Positions 1 to 14,760 of a stretch of DNA of 64,000 nucleotides are shown piece after piece. The stretch's first letter is position 1. Each line of letters opens with the position of its first letter. The position numbers and the translations under genes were made by a program. The notes under the pieces were generated by a model. The model was not told where the DNA came from and did not search any database. It saw only the letters and a program-made list of their open reading frames with translations. The stretch lies in the NCBI RefSeq assembly GCF_009914755.1, contig NC_060947.1; one strand, 5' to 3'. Source of the stretch: the human T2T-CHM13v2.0 reference genome, Homo sapiens.

Positions 1-81
1 ATTTGGGGGTAGTGTGTTTTTAACCCCAACAACATCATTCTGTGAGATAGTTTGTACTTTTCGTGAGTAAATGGCTTATAT

Positions 82-120
82 GCGCACACGCACACGCACA
101 CGCACATGCACACACACACA
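82..120. repeat. (GCACAC)n/(CA)n microsatellite
   Basis: gcgcacacgcacacgcacacgcacatgcacacacacaca. Confidence 0.9.
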
Positions 121-484
121 TTTCCAAATTTAGGATCTGATTTTATTGTAATATAAATCCCTATATATGTATGTTTAAAATATCAGCAATATATGCACAT
201 ATAAAATACATGTAATATATGCACATATGTAACATCAGGACAATCAGAACAACATTTTTAATATTGGTAATCTATTATTCATTAAACAAAAATTTGGCAC
301 ATATTGACAAAATTCTTGCTTTCTGTTATTATTGTAAAGCATTTCACTTATTTACTCCTATATTTTCATTTCTTACAAAAATTCCTTGACTAGCCATCTA
401 GTCTAACCATGTTTTAGCATGTTTCTACTAGATCAGTAGAAAAACTGTTAGCAGTTTACATCTTTAAAAAAAATTTATTATTGA

Positions 485-836
<352 letters not shown>

Positions 837-2096
837 TTAAATTTTTCTTGGGATACTTAATTTTATATCTGTATCACATTAATTGCAATTGCAAGCACAT
901 TGCTTTGTGATAAGAATATATAATTTTATGTTAATGGAACCCATTTTATATGATTATTGTTTGATATACTCGACATTCTTTTTATGGTACAGTAGGTACA
1001 ACGACCTAGAAAAAGAATATTAACTCATTTTTTGCACAGATACCCTACTACTACTTGAAAAGAATATCCATGGAAATATGTAAAAAAAAAAACCCATATA
1101 CACCTTCTCATTTTAGGTGTTTGTTGGAATGCAACTTCCTGTGAAAATTTCAGTTATGGGTACAAAACACATTACCACTTAACAGGATGCCCTCATAATA
1201 TTAAAGACAATATACTCTGAATCATGATATATACTTGAATGTACATTACTGAATTATTGCCTGAACAAGATGGATTTCTAATGTCTTAGATTCCACCATT
1301 TAAAAAACGAATAGTTTTATTCTATTAACTGTGATTGATATTTATTGAGCTTAAAGATATGTACAGTGTTGATTTTACCTTCCAAGTCCTAAAGTGAGGA
1401 CATTTTTTATGGGTTTGAATTTTTATGGATTTGAATTTTAAATCAAGAGATAGAAAAAGAAAATAAATGTTAAGGAGGATTTACTTACGTGAAACACAGC
1501 AAGAGTTATAAACTTTCCCTTGAGTCAGGTGAGGAAATAACTTAATTTTGTTCCCGGACCAAACTGAGGGTCGGGCTGCTATTTCTCGCAGCCCAATAAG
1601 GAGATGCAGATGAACTGGGAAGGAAGAGAGTTTTATTTCTGCAACCGGTTACAGGGAGGAGGCGTGGAATTTATCTCCACACCAACTCAAAATTACAAAG
1701 TTTTCCAGAGCTTATATACCTTCTAAGCTATATGTCTACCTGTAAATGTGCATCCATTTAAAGACATAAGTGATTAACTTCTTTTGATCTATAAGTAAGG
1801 TCTGAGTTCTGAAGATCTTCCTCTAGAGCCTCAGTACATTTACTTAATCCAAATGGGTCCAGGTGCTAGGGTAATTACCCTTATCTTGTCTCCTGCTAAA
1901 TCACGGAGGTTTGGGGAGTTCCTGGAGGACTGGGGAGTTTCTTCAGACCCCCAATAAAATCCTAAATGGGCCTTGTTAAGAATTCCTTTGTTATTTTGTC
2001 ATGTTTTAAGGCCTAGGAAAGGCCTAGGCAAAACTCTTGGTGGGCTTTTGTTACATTCCAGCCTTTGTATAAGGGCACTGGCTTTTTTAGCTTTTA

Positions 2097-2847
<751 letters not shown>

Positions 2848-3432
2848 TTAGTCAGTACTGAAACAGTTGTTATGGGAGCCTGCGTTATTGAGACCTGGCC
2901 TGCCACAGTATGACATGAGATAATTTTTCTTTAATTTTCAGCATCATTCACAGTTTGTTCTAATGTAAATAATTAACAGAAAAATAAACTCCATTGGATT
3001 AACAAGAATTCAAATCCTTTTCAATTAATAATTTTAAATTCTGACATTTCTTAATATTTAAAAATGCCATCAAGGAAGTACATGTTTAGAAGCAAAACAA
3101 CACCAAATTCAATATTCATGACTAGTCTTTTTAAGAGTTTCTTAAGTGGAAAAGTGCATTTTGAAATTTTAAATTTCATGTAAAATAATTTTATAATTAA
3201 TGACATTGCACATTCGTTTATATATGAAGAGAATACAATCACATCAAGTAGATTTTAGACTTTAAAAATGTGGTAATTAGCTTACAAAAATGTCTAATGC
3301 CATTATGCTAACTAGTTCTGACATCCTTTATGAATCGTGAATGATAATTTATATTTTGCTATTATCAAGTCTGAATGCTTTGTTCACATTAGTCTGGATA
3401 AAAATTCAGGTACTTTTAGGAAATTATTTTGA

Positions 3433-3819
<387 letters not shown>

Positions 3820-3910
3820 TAGAATACAAGAACAATACAAATGGACTGTGCATAGAGATGGACAGACTATTTCAAGAGGGAAACAATACACATGTATTCT
3901 GGAAATGGAC

Positions 3911-4541
3911 TGTAAACCAAAAAGTATCTGAGACAGGTCTCAATCAATTTAGAAAGTTTATCTTGCCAAGGTTAAGGATGCACCCATGACATAGCCTCAG
4001 GAGGTCCTATGCCATGTGCCCAAAGTGGTAGGGGTACAGCTTGGTTTTATACATTTTAGGGAGACATGAGCCTTCTATCAATATATGTAAGATATACATT
4101 GGATCAGTCCGGAAAGGTGGGACAACTTGAAGTGGGGAGGGGACTTTCAGGTCATAGGTAGATAAGAGACAAACAATTGCATTCTTTTGAGTTTCTGATT
4201 AGCATTTCACGGAATGCACAATTTACAGGAATAATCATTTATGCCTAAGTCTAGGTTAGTGAAACAATAGGGTAAAGGAAGCAATCAGATATGCATTTGT
4301 CTCACATGAGCAGAGGGATGACTTTGAGTTCTGCCTGTCCTTTGTCTACAAGGAATTTCCTTGTGGGCAAATTGTGAGGGAGGTATGTCGTTTTTTTTGT
4401 TTGTTTGTTTGTTTTTTTAATTTTTGTAACTATCATATTTAGGAATAGAATGGGAGGCAGGTTTGCCTGATGCAGTTCCCAGCTTGACATTTCTTTTTAC
4501 CTTAGGGATTTTGGGGTCCCAAGATTTCTTTTCCTTTCACA
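3911..4541 (-). mobile_element. MER4A-type ERV1 solo LTR
   Basis: Reverse complement starts tgtgaaaggaaaagaaatcttgggaccccaaaatc; other end tgtaaaccaaaaagtatctgagacaggtctcaatc. Confidence 0.88.
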
Positions 4542-4638
4542 GAATGATGTTTTCTTCTTAATGAAACTAATTACTTTGACAATACGTTTTACAAAACAAG
4601 CAAAAAAAAGACGAGAGTATGTTTAGTTGCCAGAAAGG

Positions 4639-5162
4639 TGTAACCGAAAAGGGGTCTCGATCCAGACCTCAAAAGAGGATTCTTGGATCTTGTGCAAGAA
4701 AAAATTTGGGGTGAGTCCATAGAGTAAAGTGAAAGCACGTTTATTAGGAGAGTAAAGGAATACAAAAATGGCTACTCCATAGACATTTTTATGGTAATTT
4801 CTTGATTATATGCTAAACAAATGGTGGGTTATTCATGTGTCCTCTTTTTCGACCATATAGGGTCACTTCCTGATGTTACCACGTATTTGTTAACTGTCAT
4901 GGCACTGGGGGGAATGTAGCAGTGAGGACAACCAGAGGTCACTCTTGTTGCCTTCTTGGTTTTGGCGGGTTTTAGCTGACTTCTTTACTGCAGCCTGCTT
5001 TATCAGCAAGGTCTTTATGACCTGTATTTTGTGCCCACTTCCTATCTCATCCTGTGTCTTAGAATGCCTTAACCATCTGGGAATGCAGCCCAGTAGGACT
5101 CAGTCTCATTTTACCCAGCCCCTATTCAAGATGGAGTTGCTCAGGTTCAAATGCCTCTGACA
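4639..5162 (-). mobile_element. MER41A-type ERV1 solo LTR with small internal deletion
   Basis: Reverse complement starts tgtcagaggcatttgaacctgagcaactccatcttgaatagg; 5-bp TSD aaagg/acagg; roughly 30 bp missing near 4785 relative to recalled consensus. Confidence 0.9.
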
Positions 5163-5862
5163 ACAGGAAGGACTATTTCTAGATATTACAAATAAATATA
5201 TATATTTGGAAATAAAAATAAGGTCCTAGAGAGAGAGTGTTTTCATTGTATTAAAAATGGTAGTCTGTTGGATTTTAGTTCCCCATTTTACTATGAACTA
5301 ATGAAACAGCAGCTTTAATGCATTTTATAGTGGAATCGTTTTATTCGTCTTCTCTGAGTTCAGAGTTTTTTATCCTACCTTCTGTTCCTCTCTTCAATAT
5401 CTCTTAACTAAAAGGGCAAATAGCATCATTCATTGTCTCATCACATCCATTTTGTCACAATGATAGTGTAACGAAGTCCATTATTTCTAAGAAATGAATA
5501 TCCCATCCAGGAATGAATAATTTCTTCAAGTATAGTAACAGCACTCTTTATTGTATAGGCCATGATGATTTTGTACAGTAAAAGATTCTATGTGGTAGGC
5601 ATGATTTCTTTTTTTGGTGAGAGGAAGGAAGGTACTACATTTCATTAATATTCTGTTTTATTATTCCAATAAGAGTGATAAAATATGTCCCTCAAGTGCT
5701 GGTGCAAGAATAGGGTTTATGTTTCATTATAAATATTATTGTGAACACTGCCCAAGGAAATTATTATATGTCTTCTTGGAGAGAGTATAATATGCTAATA
5801 AAAATCAAGCTGTACAGTACCCTGTAGCTCTGACTTTAGTCCTGTGATCATTATGTACATAG

Positions 5863-5873
5863 ATGTGTGTGCA

Positions 5874-5907
<34 letters not shown>
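5863..5907. repeat. (TG)n microsatellite
   Basis: Direct reading. Confidence 0.9.
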
Positions 5908-5909
<2 letters not shown>

Positions 5910-6299
5910 GTGGAATACATGAAGTCAATTGGAGGATCTGCCTTTTGTGTATAATTGGAATGAAAATTATTATCTTGGTGAAGAAAATCTGAGCTGCCAA
6001 TCTTTGATAATGAGAAAGTAATAGCAGAGTCGAGAACACACATACTGTAATTTAAAGATGACATATGCAAAAAAAATGTCATTATCTCTAAACAAAAATA
6101 TTTTGGAGAGAGTGATAGATTGCTCACTTGTAATTATTCAGTCAATAATTGGTTTTCATTTGCAAATTACAAGCACATGGCAAGGAAGTCTTATGTGTTC
6201 AAATTAAGACACTGGAATACTAATTAGTCCCATATTAGCTGTTAAGCACTATTCATTAGCAAAGCAAAGAAATAAAAGTCAAACATCTTGTTGAAATTG

Positions 6300-6990
6300 T
6301 AGGTGACTTCTGAGCAAAGATTTGAAAGACTTGAGGGAGTAATCATGTGGCTATTTGGGGGAAGCTTATTCCAAACAGAAGGAGCAAAAATACAAAGGCA
6401 CTAGATGTATGTGTGACGTAGACAGCAAGAATACCAGAATCTCTGGAGCCCGAGGAACAAAGGGAAGAGGAATAGGAGATAAGGTCAGAGAGGCAACAGG
6501 GGATCAGATCTTGTAGAGTAGGAAGTGCAAACTGCACTTCTTTTTAGGTACCTCAGGAGATAAGAATAATTTTTACATGTATTAAATGGTTAAAAAATAA
6601 GCCCAAGAAAAATGTTACTTCACATGTGAAAATCTTGTTGAATTCAAATTTTAGTTCCATAAATAAAGGTTTATTGGAATCCAGCCATGCTCATTCTTTT
6701 TCATACTGCCTGTGGCTGCTTTCATCCCACAGGGGTATAACTGAGTTGTTGCAAAAGACATGATGGGGCCCCATGAAGCCTGAAATATTTGCTATCTGTT
6801 CAATTACAGAAACTGCCTACTGACCCCTGTTGTAGATAGAGCCTTGCAGGGCATTTTAAGAGCTTTAACTTTTAATCAGAGTGTGACGGGAAACCCTTTG
6901 GTAGGTGCTGAGCAGAGGAATTATATGAGCTAGTTTTCTCTTTAAACAGGATCACTTTATCTACTATCTGCTATGATAATAAATTTGGGA
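6300..6990 (-). mobile_element. L2 remnant split by MER58B
   Basis: Typical antisense L2 motifs (gagcaaagatttgaa, gagataaggtcagagagg, aggatcact); continues across the MER58B TSD. Confidence 0.7.
6519..6829 (+). mobile_element. MER58B hAT-Charlie DNA transposon
   Basis: aataaaggtttattggaatccagccatgctcattc core, tgacccctg end; 8-bp TSD ttgtagag/ttgtagat. Confidence 0.85.
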
Positions 6991-7087
6991 AGGGGTAGGA
7001 AGTGGATATTTTCATTTTCCCTAAAAATTTTTACCTTCACAATAATAAATCAAATCTAATAGGCCTGCAGGTTTTCTCTACTCGTCA

Positions 7088-7278
7088 TTTTTGTTTCTTT
7101 TTTCTTTTTTTTTTTTTCTTGAGACAGAATCTCATATTGTTGCCCAGGCTGGAGTGCAGTGGCTATTCAAAGGACCAATCATGGCTCACTGAAGCCTCAA
7201 ACTCCTGGCCTTGAGGGATCCTTCCACCTTAGCCTTCCAAGTAGCTGGGACTACAGGCACACTCCACTATGCCCAGTT
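7088..7278 (-). mobile_element. FAM (fossil Alu monomer)
   Basis: Monomer retaining the 7SL-like segment ggctattcaaagg (7161-7173) that dimeric Alu arms lack. Confidence 0.75.
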
Positions 7279-7629
7279 AGTCTTCTTATACTACAAGCAA
7301 ATATATACATAGACAGCAGTGTATACATATACACACATACCATTAGTATGCATATTAAGTATTGTTATAAAATAAACTTGGTTGATTTCTGTTAACCTAT
7401 AGAATAATGGAAACATAGTCTTTTTGTCCCTTAAAAAAGTCATCTTGGAGAGCTTACAATTTAAGTTGAAGAATGTCTGCTGTAGCAAAGCTCAACTTCA
7501 AGCAGCTTTAATGGTTGCCAAGTACTATGTTGTCCTTAGTTCTAGCAGGCAATGAAGCATATAGGTTTCTTCTAAGATGCCATTAAAATAAGAAAAACGT
7601 TTTCATATATGTTTTAGTATATAAGATCC

Positions 7630-7960
7630 TTTTCATGGCAACAGAGTCATTGGGATATAAATCACATACCATACAATTGACCCATTTAAAGTGCACAACT
7701 AAATGGCTTTTAGTATATTCACAGAATTTTGCAACTACCACTACAATTAATTTTAAAATATGTTCCTCAACCCCAAAAGAAACACCATACCTGTTAAAAG
7801 TCACCCCCAATCCTACCATTCTACCCACCTGTCAACCCAGCTCCTAGCAACCACTAATCTTTCTGTATCAAAAGATTTGCTTATTCGGGATATTTCATAT
7901 AAATGAAATAATATAATATGTGATATTTTGTTACTGGCATCTTTCACTTAGCATAATGTT
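7630..7960 (-). mobile_element. Old L1M (L1MB-type) 3' end
   Basis: cacataccatacaattgacccatttaaagtgcacaa; ctagcaaccactaatct; ctttcacttagcataatgtt. Confidence 0.8.
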
Positions 7961-8428
7961 TTATTTATTTATTAATTTATTTTGAGTTCCAGGGCGCATG
8001 AGCAGAATGCACAGGTTTGTTACATAGGTAAACCTGTGCCATGGTGGTTTGCTGCACAGATCATCTCTTCACCTAGGTATTAAGCCTAGCATCCATTAGC
8101 TATTTTTTCTGATGCTCTCCGTCCCCCCTCCTCTCCACCCCCGACAGACCCTAGTGTGTATTGTTCCCCTCCCTGCACCCATGTGTTCTCACTGTTCAGC
8201 TCCCACTTATAAGTGAGAACATGCAGTGTTTGGTTTTGTTCCTGCATTAGTTTACTAAGGATAATGGCTTCCAGCTCCATCCATGTCCCTGCAAAGGACA
8301 TGATCTCATTCCTTTTTATGGCTGCATAGTATTCCATGGTGGATATGTACCACATTTTCTTTATCCATTCTGTCATTGATGGGCAACTGGGTTGATTCCT
8401 TGTCTTTGCTATTGTGAATAGTGCTGAA
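7961..8428 (-). mobile_element. 5'-truncated L1PA (older L1PA) 3' end
   Basis: ORF2 C-terminal peptide WIKKMWYISTMEYYAAIKRNEIMSFAGTWMELE; TSD agcataatgtt at 7950-7960 and 8429-8439. Confidence 0.93.
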
Positions 8429-9363
8429 AGCATAATGTTCTATAAAGGCTTTTTTTAATGGTATGTTATGAAAACTGGCATGTCCTCAGTTTTACTCTAG
8501 CATCAGAATCTATTTTCGTTATTATTTTCCATAAATTATGGCAGCATAAATATAGTATGCCATTAAAATTCTATAATTTAAAAATTAAAGAATAAAAATA
8601 CTTTAAAATTAAATATAAACATAAAATTAAAATTAACAATTAATGGATATTTTTCTCAAGTATGCATTAATATGTGCATTGGAAATATAATATCAAATAT
8701 AATATATTCTCTGAATATTGTAATAGCCTAGGGTATCAAAGCACATTGTAATTATTAGTTCTTATATTCGTCTTGACTTAAAAAGTGTCCAATGTATCAG
8801 AGCCCTAAAATTAAATGACCATTCAATATAGTCATAATGTACAATGGATAATCATTCATAGCATTATATTGAGATCCAAATATTTAGTTTCATATTATTC
8901 TACTGAATTAGTGTCTTTTATCAGTTTCATAATGTATTGAACAGTATTTGTATGCAGAAATAACTATATCAGAATTCCAATTTCCTAATACTTTTAGGAG
9001 TATACAAAAAGAAATCTCAAAGTGAGGCCTTCCATCAACATTATGTTTCTTACCACCAATTTTCCTAGGCTTCACATGTACACAACACATTTTAATTTTA
9101 TTGGACAGAGGAGAATGTTCAATCTAGGATGCAAATGTTTTGGCTAATTGTTAATGGCAATAGCAGGGTGTATGCCCTTGAAATTGCATTTACATATAGA
9201 TTATTTTCACCTCTCCTCTTTGATTGGTAATGTAAGTAAACATTTTAATTTTTCATGAAATTCAGTTCATTTTTCTTTTCCTTTAGTAAATACCTGGTAT
9301 TATCTACAGATACCATTTGGAATGTTTTGAAAAAAAAAGTCAATTTTACTCTAAAACAAGTCT

Positions 9364-9680
<317 letters not shown>

Positions 9681-12207
9681 CTAAAACAAGTCTAATCAAA
9701 ACGACAGTAGCTGCACGTAAATGTACTTCACTCAAATAAAATCTGTAGTTTTTCTTTATGAACTATTTATCCATGAGACAACAATAAGAAACTTTATCAG
9801 AAAGATAATCTATGCAGTGTTGCTGTGAGTCATTTCACAAATGTTTTGATAATTTGTTAATAGTTGATAATTAAACATAATATACAAACAAGGGTTTAGG
9901 TGGTATGATTCAGCAGAGAATGTGACATACATACCTTCATTACTAAAATGCTATTATAGTGCCTGGGATCTATCAATAAAGAAGGGACTATTTTTCTATA
10001 TTCTGCCTAGTTATTCATATCTATATTAACATAGCACATTTATAGAATCACTTCTAAGAAAGGATTAAAATTACCTACTGTCCATGCGCTTCTATTCTTC
10101 CTTTTTTTTTTTTAATTTCAAGGAGAAAATGTGAAAGGAGGTAAGAATCAAGATTAACAGATATTGTAAAAAAATATTTTAAACTATAGACATAAATAAA
10201 CAATATTTTCAAAATTTCTAAGTATATTTCAAAAGGAGAATTTTGAAATATACAGTATTAATATATATTGTGTATATTTTTAAAATGATGTGTGTCCCCA
10301 CACATGTACATGTGAATGTGTATACATATATATGTATTTTATCATACATATGTATATATTAAAAAGGAAGAGGTATTTATGAGTTTGATAATTATTTCAA
10401 AAGCTATTTTATCAGTATTGATTTTTAGTTCAACATCTAAGTAGACTTGTAATTTAATCTCTCTTCAAAAACTTTTAATATTTACTAGGCTATGTTATAG
10501 AATATGGTTAACTTTATGAAAGGCTGTTTGTAAATGACTAGTAGCTATAGATTTTATTTAGGAGAGGCACAGTAAAAATATGTTTTCCAAAACTGTTGTG
10601 CAATTTACTTGAGAACAGTACATAAAATAAAACAGTATGTAAAAATAAAGTTATGATTGTGCTTTTGTCACTTTTTCCTAACTTTGAAGTAAAGGCCCTT
10701 TTACACCTTTTTCTTGTATTAAAAACTCACCAACGAAAATCACAAATCTTGAAAAATAAAAACATTTACATATAAATTTATAGAATAAATGGCCTTTTTT
10801 CAAAATTATTTGTCCTGTGAATTTCTACCTGCCAACCCACTTATAGCAAGGTTTATAAAAACAACCAGCTCTCTGCTGTAAAGACTCGTTGCTCAAAAAA
10901 TGTTTATTTAGTGTTAGAATATAAGTGGCTTGTGTTTCATCCCCTCATTTAGCATCCAATCTAAGAGGTACCTGAGAGAATTTATGGAAATGAAGACATA
11001 CTAATAAATATGTATTTTGCTTTCATAGTTACAGATAAAAGTTGACGAGTACATAAAAAAGCTATAAAAATATCTATATAAGTGTTATACATTTTTATTT
11101 ATTATTAATCTATCATTAATTTTACATGGGGATGGGACAGGATCATTCTTCTCCAGTTGTATCTGTATACAATGCCACCCTCTATAGGATTGTTATTGAT
11201 ATTATTTAAAGAAGGGGAAACAGGTGGAGAGTAGAAAACTATACTTACTTTATTTTAGTCCATTTCTCTTAACATTCCTCTCACAGAAGTGAATTAATAG
11301 CAGTTTGATATCAATGGCATGCAGGATTTTATTGGTAATCAGTAATATTGAATGTTATATAGTTTTTAAAAATTCTATATTCCATTTTTCATTGTTTATG
11401 TTATTTACCTAAGTGTTAACATTGCAAATTAGTATTTCATTATTAGTATGGGCCCATACCTTGTCTGACTGCTGGGTCAGCAAGTGGAAATTGCAACATG
11501 ATTAAGTACTTAGTTTATTTAGAAAACATAAAAAGCAAAACAAGAGAATACTGTTAAAAGATATCACATCTTAATTTAAGCCAGGCAAAGACAGAACTAT
11601 TTTAAAAAGTGATGCTATAGATTACATTGAAGACGAAGCTCTTTCGCTTCCCCATTTTAAATTCCATATTGTTTGTGAGATACTTGACGAAACAGAAAGA
11701 TCATTTAAACCTAATGTTTTTTTCCAATGCCATTTTCTTCCTCATCACAGTTATGTTGCTATTTTTATATTTATAATATAGACATGTGCTTTAGTTTAAC
11801 CAATTAACGATGCTTATCCTATAGTTATTTCTAATGCAATATTTTTATAATACATCTATTATGTGTATAGTAGTCACAAATGGTAAGTTAAATGGCAGAA
11901 ATAGGTATTCTAGGAAAACTTGATATAGTTAATTCCCAACAATAACTCTATACTTAAGAACATGTTTCTGATTCCCCGGAATTGAGATATTCTACTTGTT
12001 CTAAATCATTTGTGAGTTTTAAGATGGAACTATTCACCCCACAAAGTTCTGTATCATTGTTGAATATTGTTTCATATATGTTATTGTTTGAGTAAATCTT
12101 ATCAGACAAGGCAGATGCAATTTATACCATTATAAGCTTAATGTACATTGTATAAATTAAGTTGGATTAATTTTAGAGATGATCTCGAATTTGTCAGATA
12201 GTTGTAA

Positions 12208-12639
<432 letters not shown>

Positions 12640-12964
12640 CAAGTGCTAAATTCTTTGTAGGTCAAATGCAGAGATAGGGATTGAATGGGTCTATTCTGAT
12701 GACTGAGGTAACCAAAGTACAAATTGGTAAGCTAAATATTTAATTGTTCAGCTACTACTTGTGAATTACAGTCGCACATGCACACACACCCACACACCCA
12801 TTCAAAGTATTTTATTCATTTTACAAATACGGGTAACTTGTATTTTTTTCTGCCGTGAACTACTGGATCATCTACTATCCTTCTTTACTGTGCCTTAATA
12901 TTTTAGTTTGACAACCTTATATAAGATGGTTCTAATCTTTATTGAAAATTTTTATCCCTAAATT

Positions 12965-13090
12965 GTGTGTATATATATATACACACACACAGACACATAC
13001 ATACACGTTGATATATATACACCACACACACACAGATGCATGCACACACACACACACACATATCTACACATACACAAACCTATATATGCA
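12965..13090. repeat. Compound (TA)/(CA) low-complexity repeat
   Basis: Direct reading. Confidence 0.85.
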
Positions 13091-13114
13091 TTTAAAATGT
13101 TTACAATGTTCTCC

Positions 13115-13398
13115 AGCCAGGCATGGTGGCTCACGCCTGTAATCCTAGCATTTTGGGAGGCTAAGGTGGGAGGATTGCTTTGGCCCAGAAGTTTGAGACC
13201 AGCCTGGTTAACATAGTGAGACCTCTATCTGTTTAAAAAAAGAAAAAAAGTAGCTAGATGTGGTGGCACATGCCTGTAGTTTTTGGCTACTAGGGAGGCT
13301 GAGGTGGGAGGATCATTTAAGCCAGGGAGGTCAAGGCTGCAGTGAGCTGTGACTGTGAAACTGGACTCCAAACTGGGCAACAGAATGAGACCCTGTCC
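13115..13398 (+). mobile_element. AluJ lacking poly(A) tail
   Basis: ggaggattgctttggcccagaagtttgag; ends gagaccctgtcc and joins THE1 internal sequence directly. Confidence 0.9.
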
Positions 13399-14760
13399 TA
13401 ATGTCAGTCCTGAAGACCACGGGGAAAATGTCTCCAGGCCATGTCAGAGACTTTCACAGCAGCCCCTCCCATCACAGGCCCAGAGGCCCAGAAGGAAAAA
13501 GTGGTTTTGTGGGCCTGGTGCAGGGTTCCCATGCTGTGTGAAGCCTAGGGACTTGGTGCCCTGTGTCCCAACCTCTCTAGTCGTGGCTGAAAGGGGCCAA
13601 CGTAGAGCTTGGGCTGTGGCTTCAGAGGGCGGAAGCCCCAAGCCTTGGCAGCTTCCACATGGTGTTGAGCCTGTGGGTGCACAGATGTCAAGAATTGTGG
13701 TTTGGGAATCTCTGCCTAGAATTTAGAAGAAGATGTATGGAAACACTTGGATGCCCAGGCAAAAGTATGCTGCAGGGGCGGGGTACTCATGGAGCACCTC
13801 TGCTAAGGCAGTGAAGAAGGGAAATGTGGGGTTGGAGCCCCCACACAGAATCCCTACCAGGGCACTGCCTAGTGGAGTTGTGAGAAGAGGGCCACTGTCC
13901 TCCAGACTCCAGAATGGTAGATCCACTGACTGCTTGCACCCTGCGCCTGGAAAAGCCGCAGACACTCAATGCCAGTCCGTGAAAGCAGCCACAAGGGAGG
14001 CTGTACCTTGCAAAGCCACAAGGGCAGAGCTGCCCAAGACCATGGGAACCCACCTCTTGCATCAGCGTGACCTGTATGTGAGACCTGGAGTCAAAGGAGG
14101 TCATTTTGGAGCTTTAAAATTTGACTGCCACATTGGATTTCGGATTTGCATGGGCCCTGTAGCCCCCTTTTTTTAGATGATTTCTTCCATTTGGAACAGC
14201 TGTATTTACCCAATACCTGAACCCCCATTGTATCTAGGAAGTAACCAGCTTTTGATTATATAGGCTCATAGGCAGAAGGAACTTGCCTTGGCTCAGATGA
14301 GACTTTGGACTGGTGGGCTTTTGGGTTAATGCTGAAATGAGTTAAAACTTTGGGGGACTGTTGGGAAGCCATGATTGGTTTTGAAATGTGAGGACATGCG
14401 ATTTGGAGGGGCCAGGGGCGAAATGATATGGTTTGGCTGTGTCCCCAACCAAATCTCACCTTGAATTGTATCTCCCAGAATTCCCACGTGTTGTGCGAAG
14501 GACCCAGGGGGAGATCATTGAATCAAGTGGGCCAGTCTTTCCCGTGCTATTCTCATGATAGTGAATACGTCTTATGAGATCTGATAGGTGTGTCAGGGTT
14601 TTCCGCTTTTGCTTCTTCCTCATTTTCTTTTGCTACTGCCATGTAAGAAGTGTCTCTCGCCTCCTACCATGATTCTGAGGCTTCTCCAGCCATGTGTAAC
14701 TGTAAGTCCAATTAAACCTCTTTTTCTTCCCAGTCTTGGTTATGTCTTTATCACCCAATA
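13399..14760 (+). mobile_element. THE1A MaLR, 5'-truncated internal region plus 3' LTR (14424-~14760)
   Basis: Internal ggggaaaatgtctccagg...; PPT-like ggaggggccaggggcgaaa then tgatatggtttggctgtgtcc; THE1A-type ttccgcttttgcttcttcctc. Confidence 0.92.

Noticed and set aside
422-442. tttctact-agatc-agtagaaa hairpin
   Set aside because: An 8-bp AT-rich stem is expected by chance in 64 kb
1117-1220. Possible terminal exon after ccttctcattttag (VCWNATSCENFSYGYKTHYHLTGCPHNIKDNIL*)
   Set aside because: Only an acceptor-like site; peptide not recognised and no partner exon
4639-5162. MER41 as an interferon-gamma/STAT1 enhancer
   Set aside because: This copy is the short MER41A type; I see no tandem TTCCGGGAA-type GAS sites characteristic of MER41B
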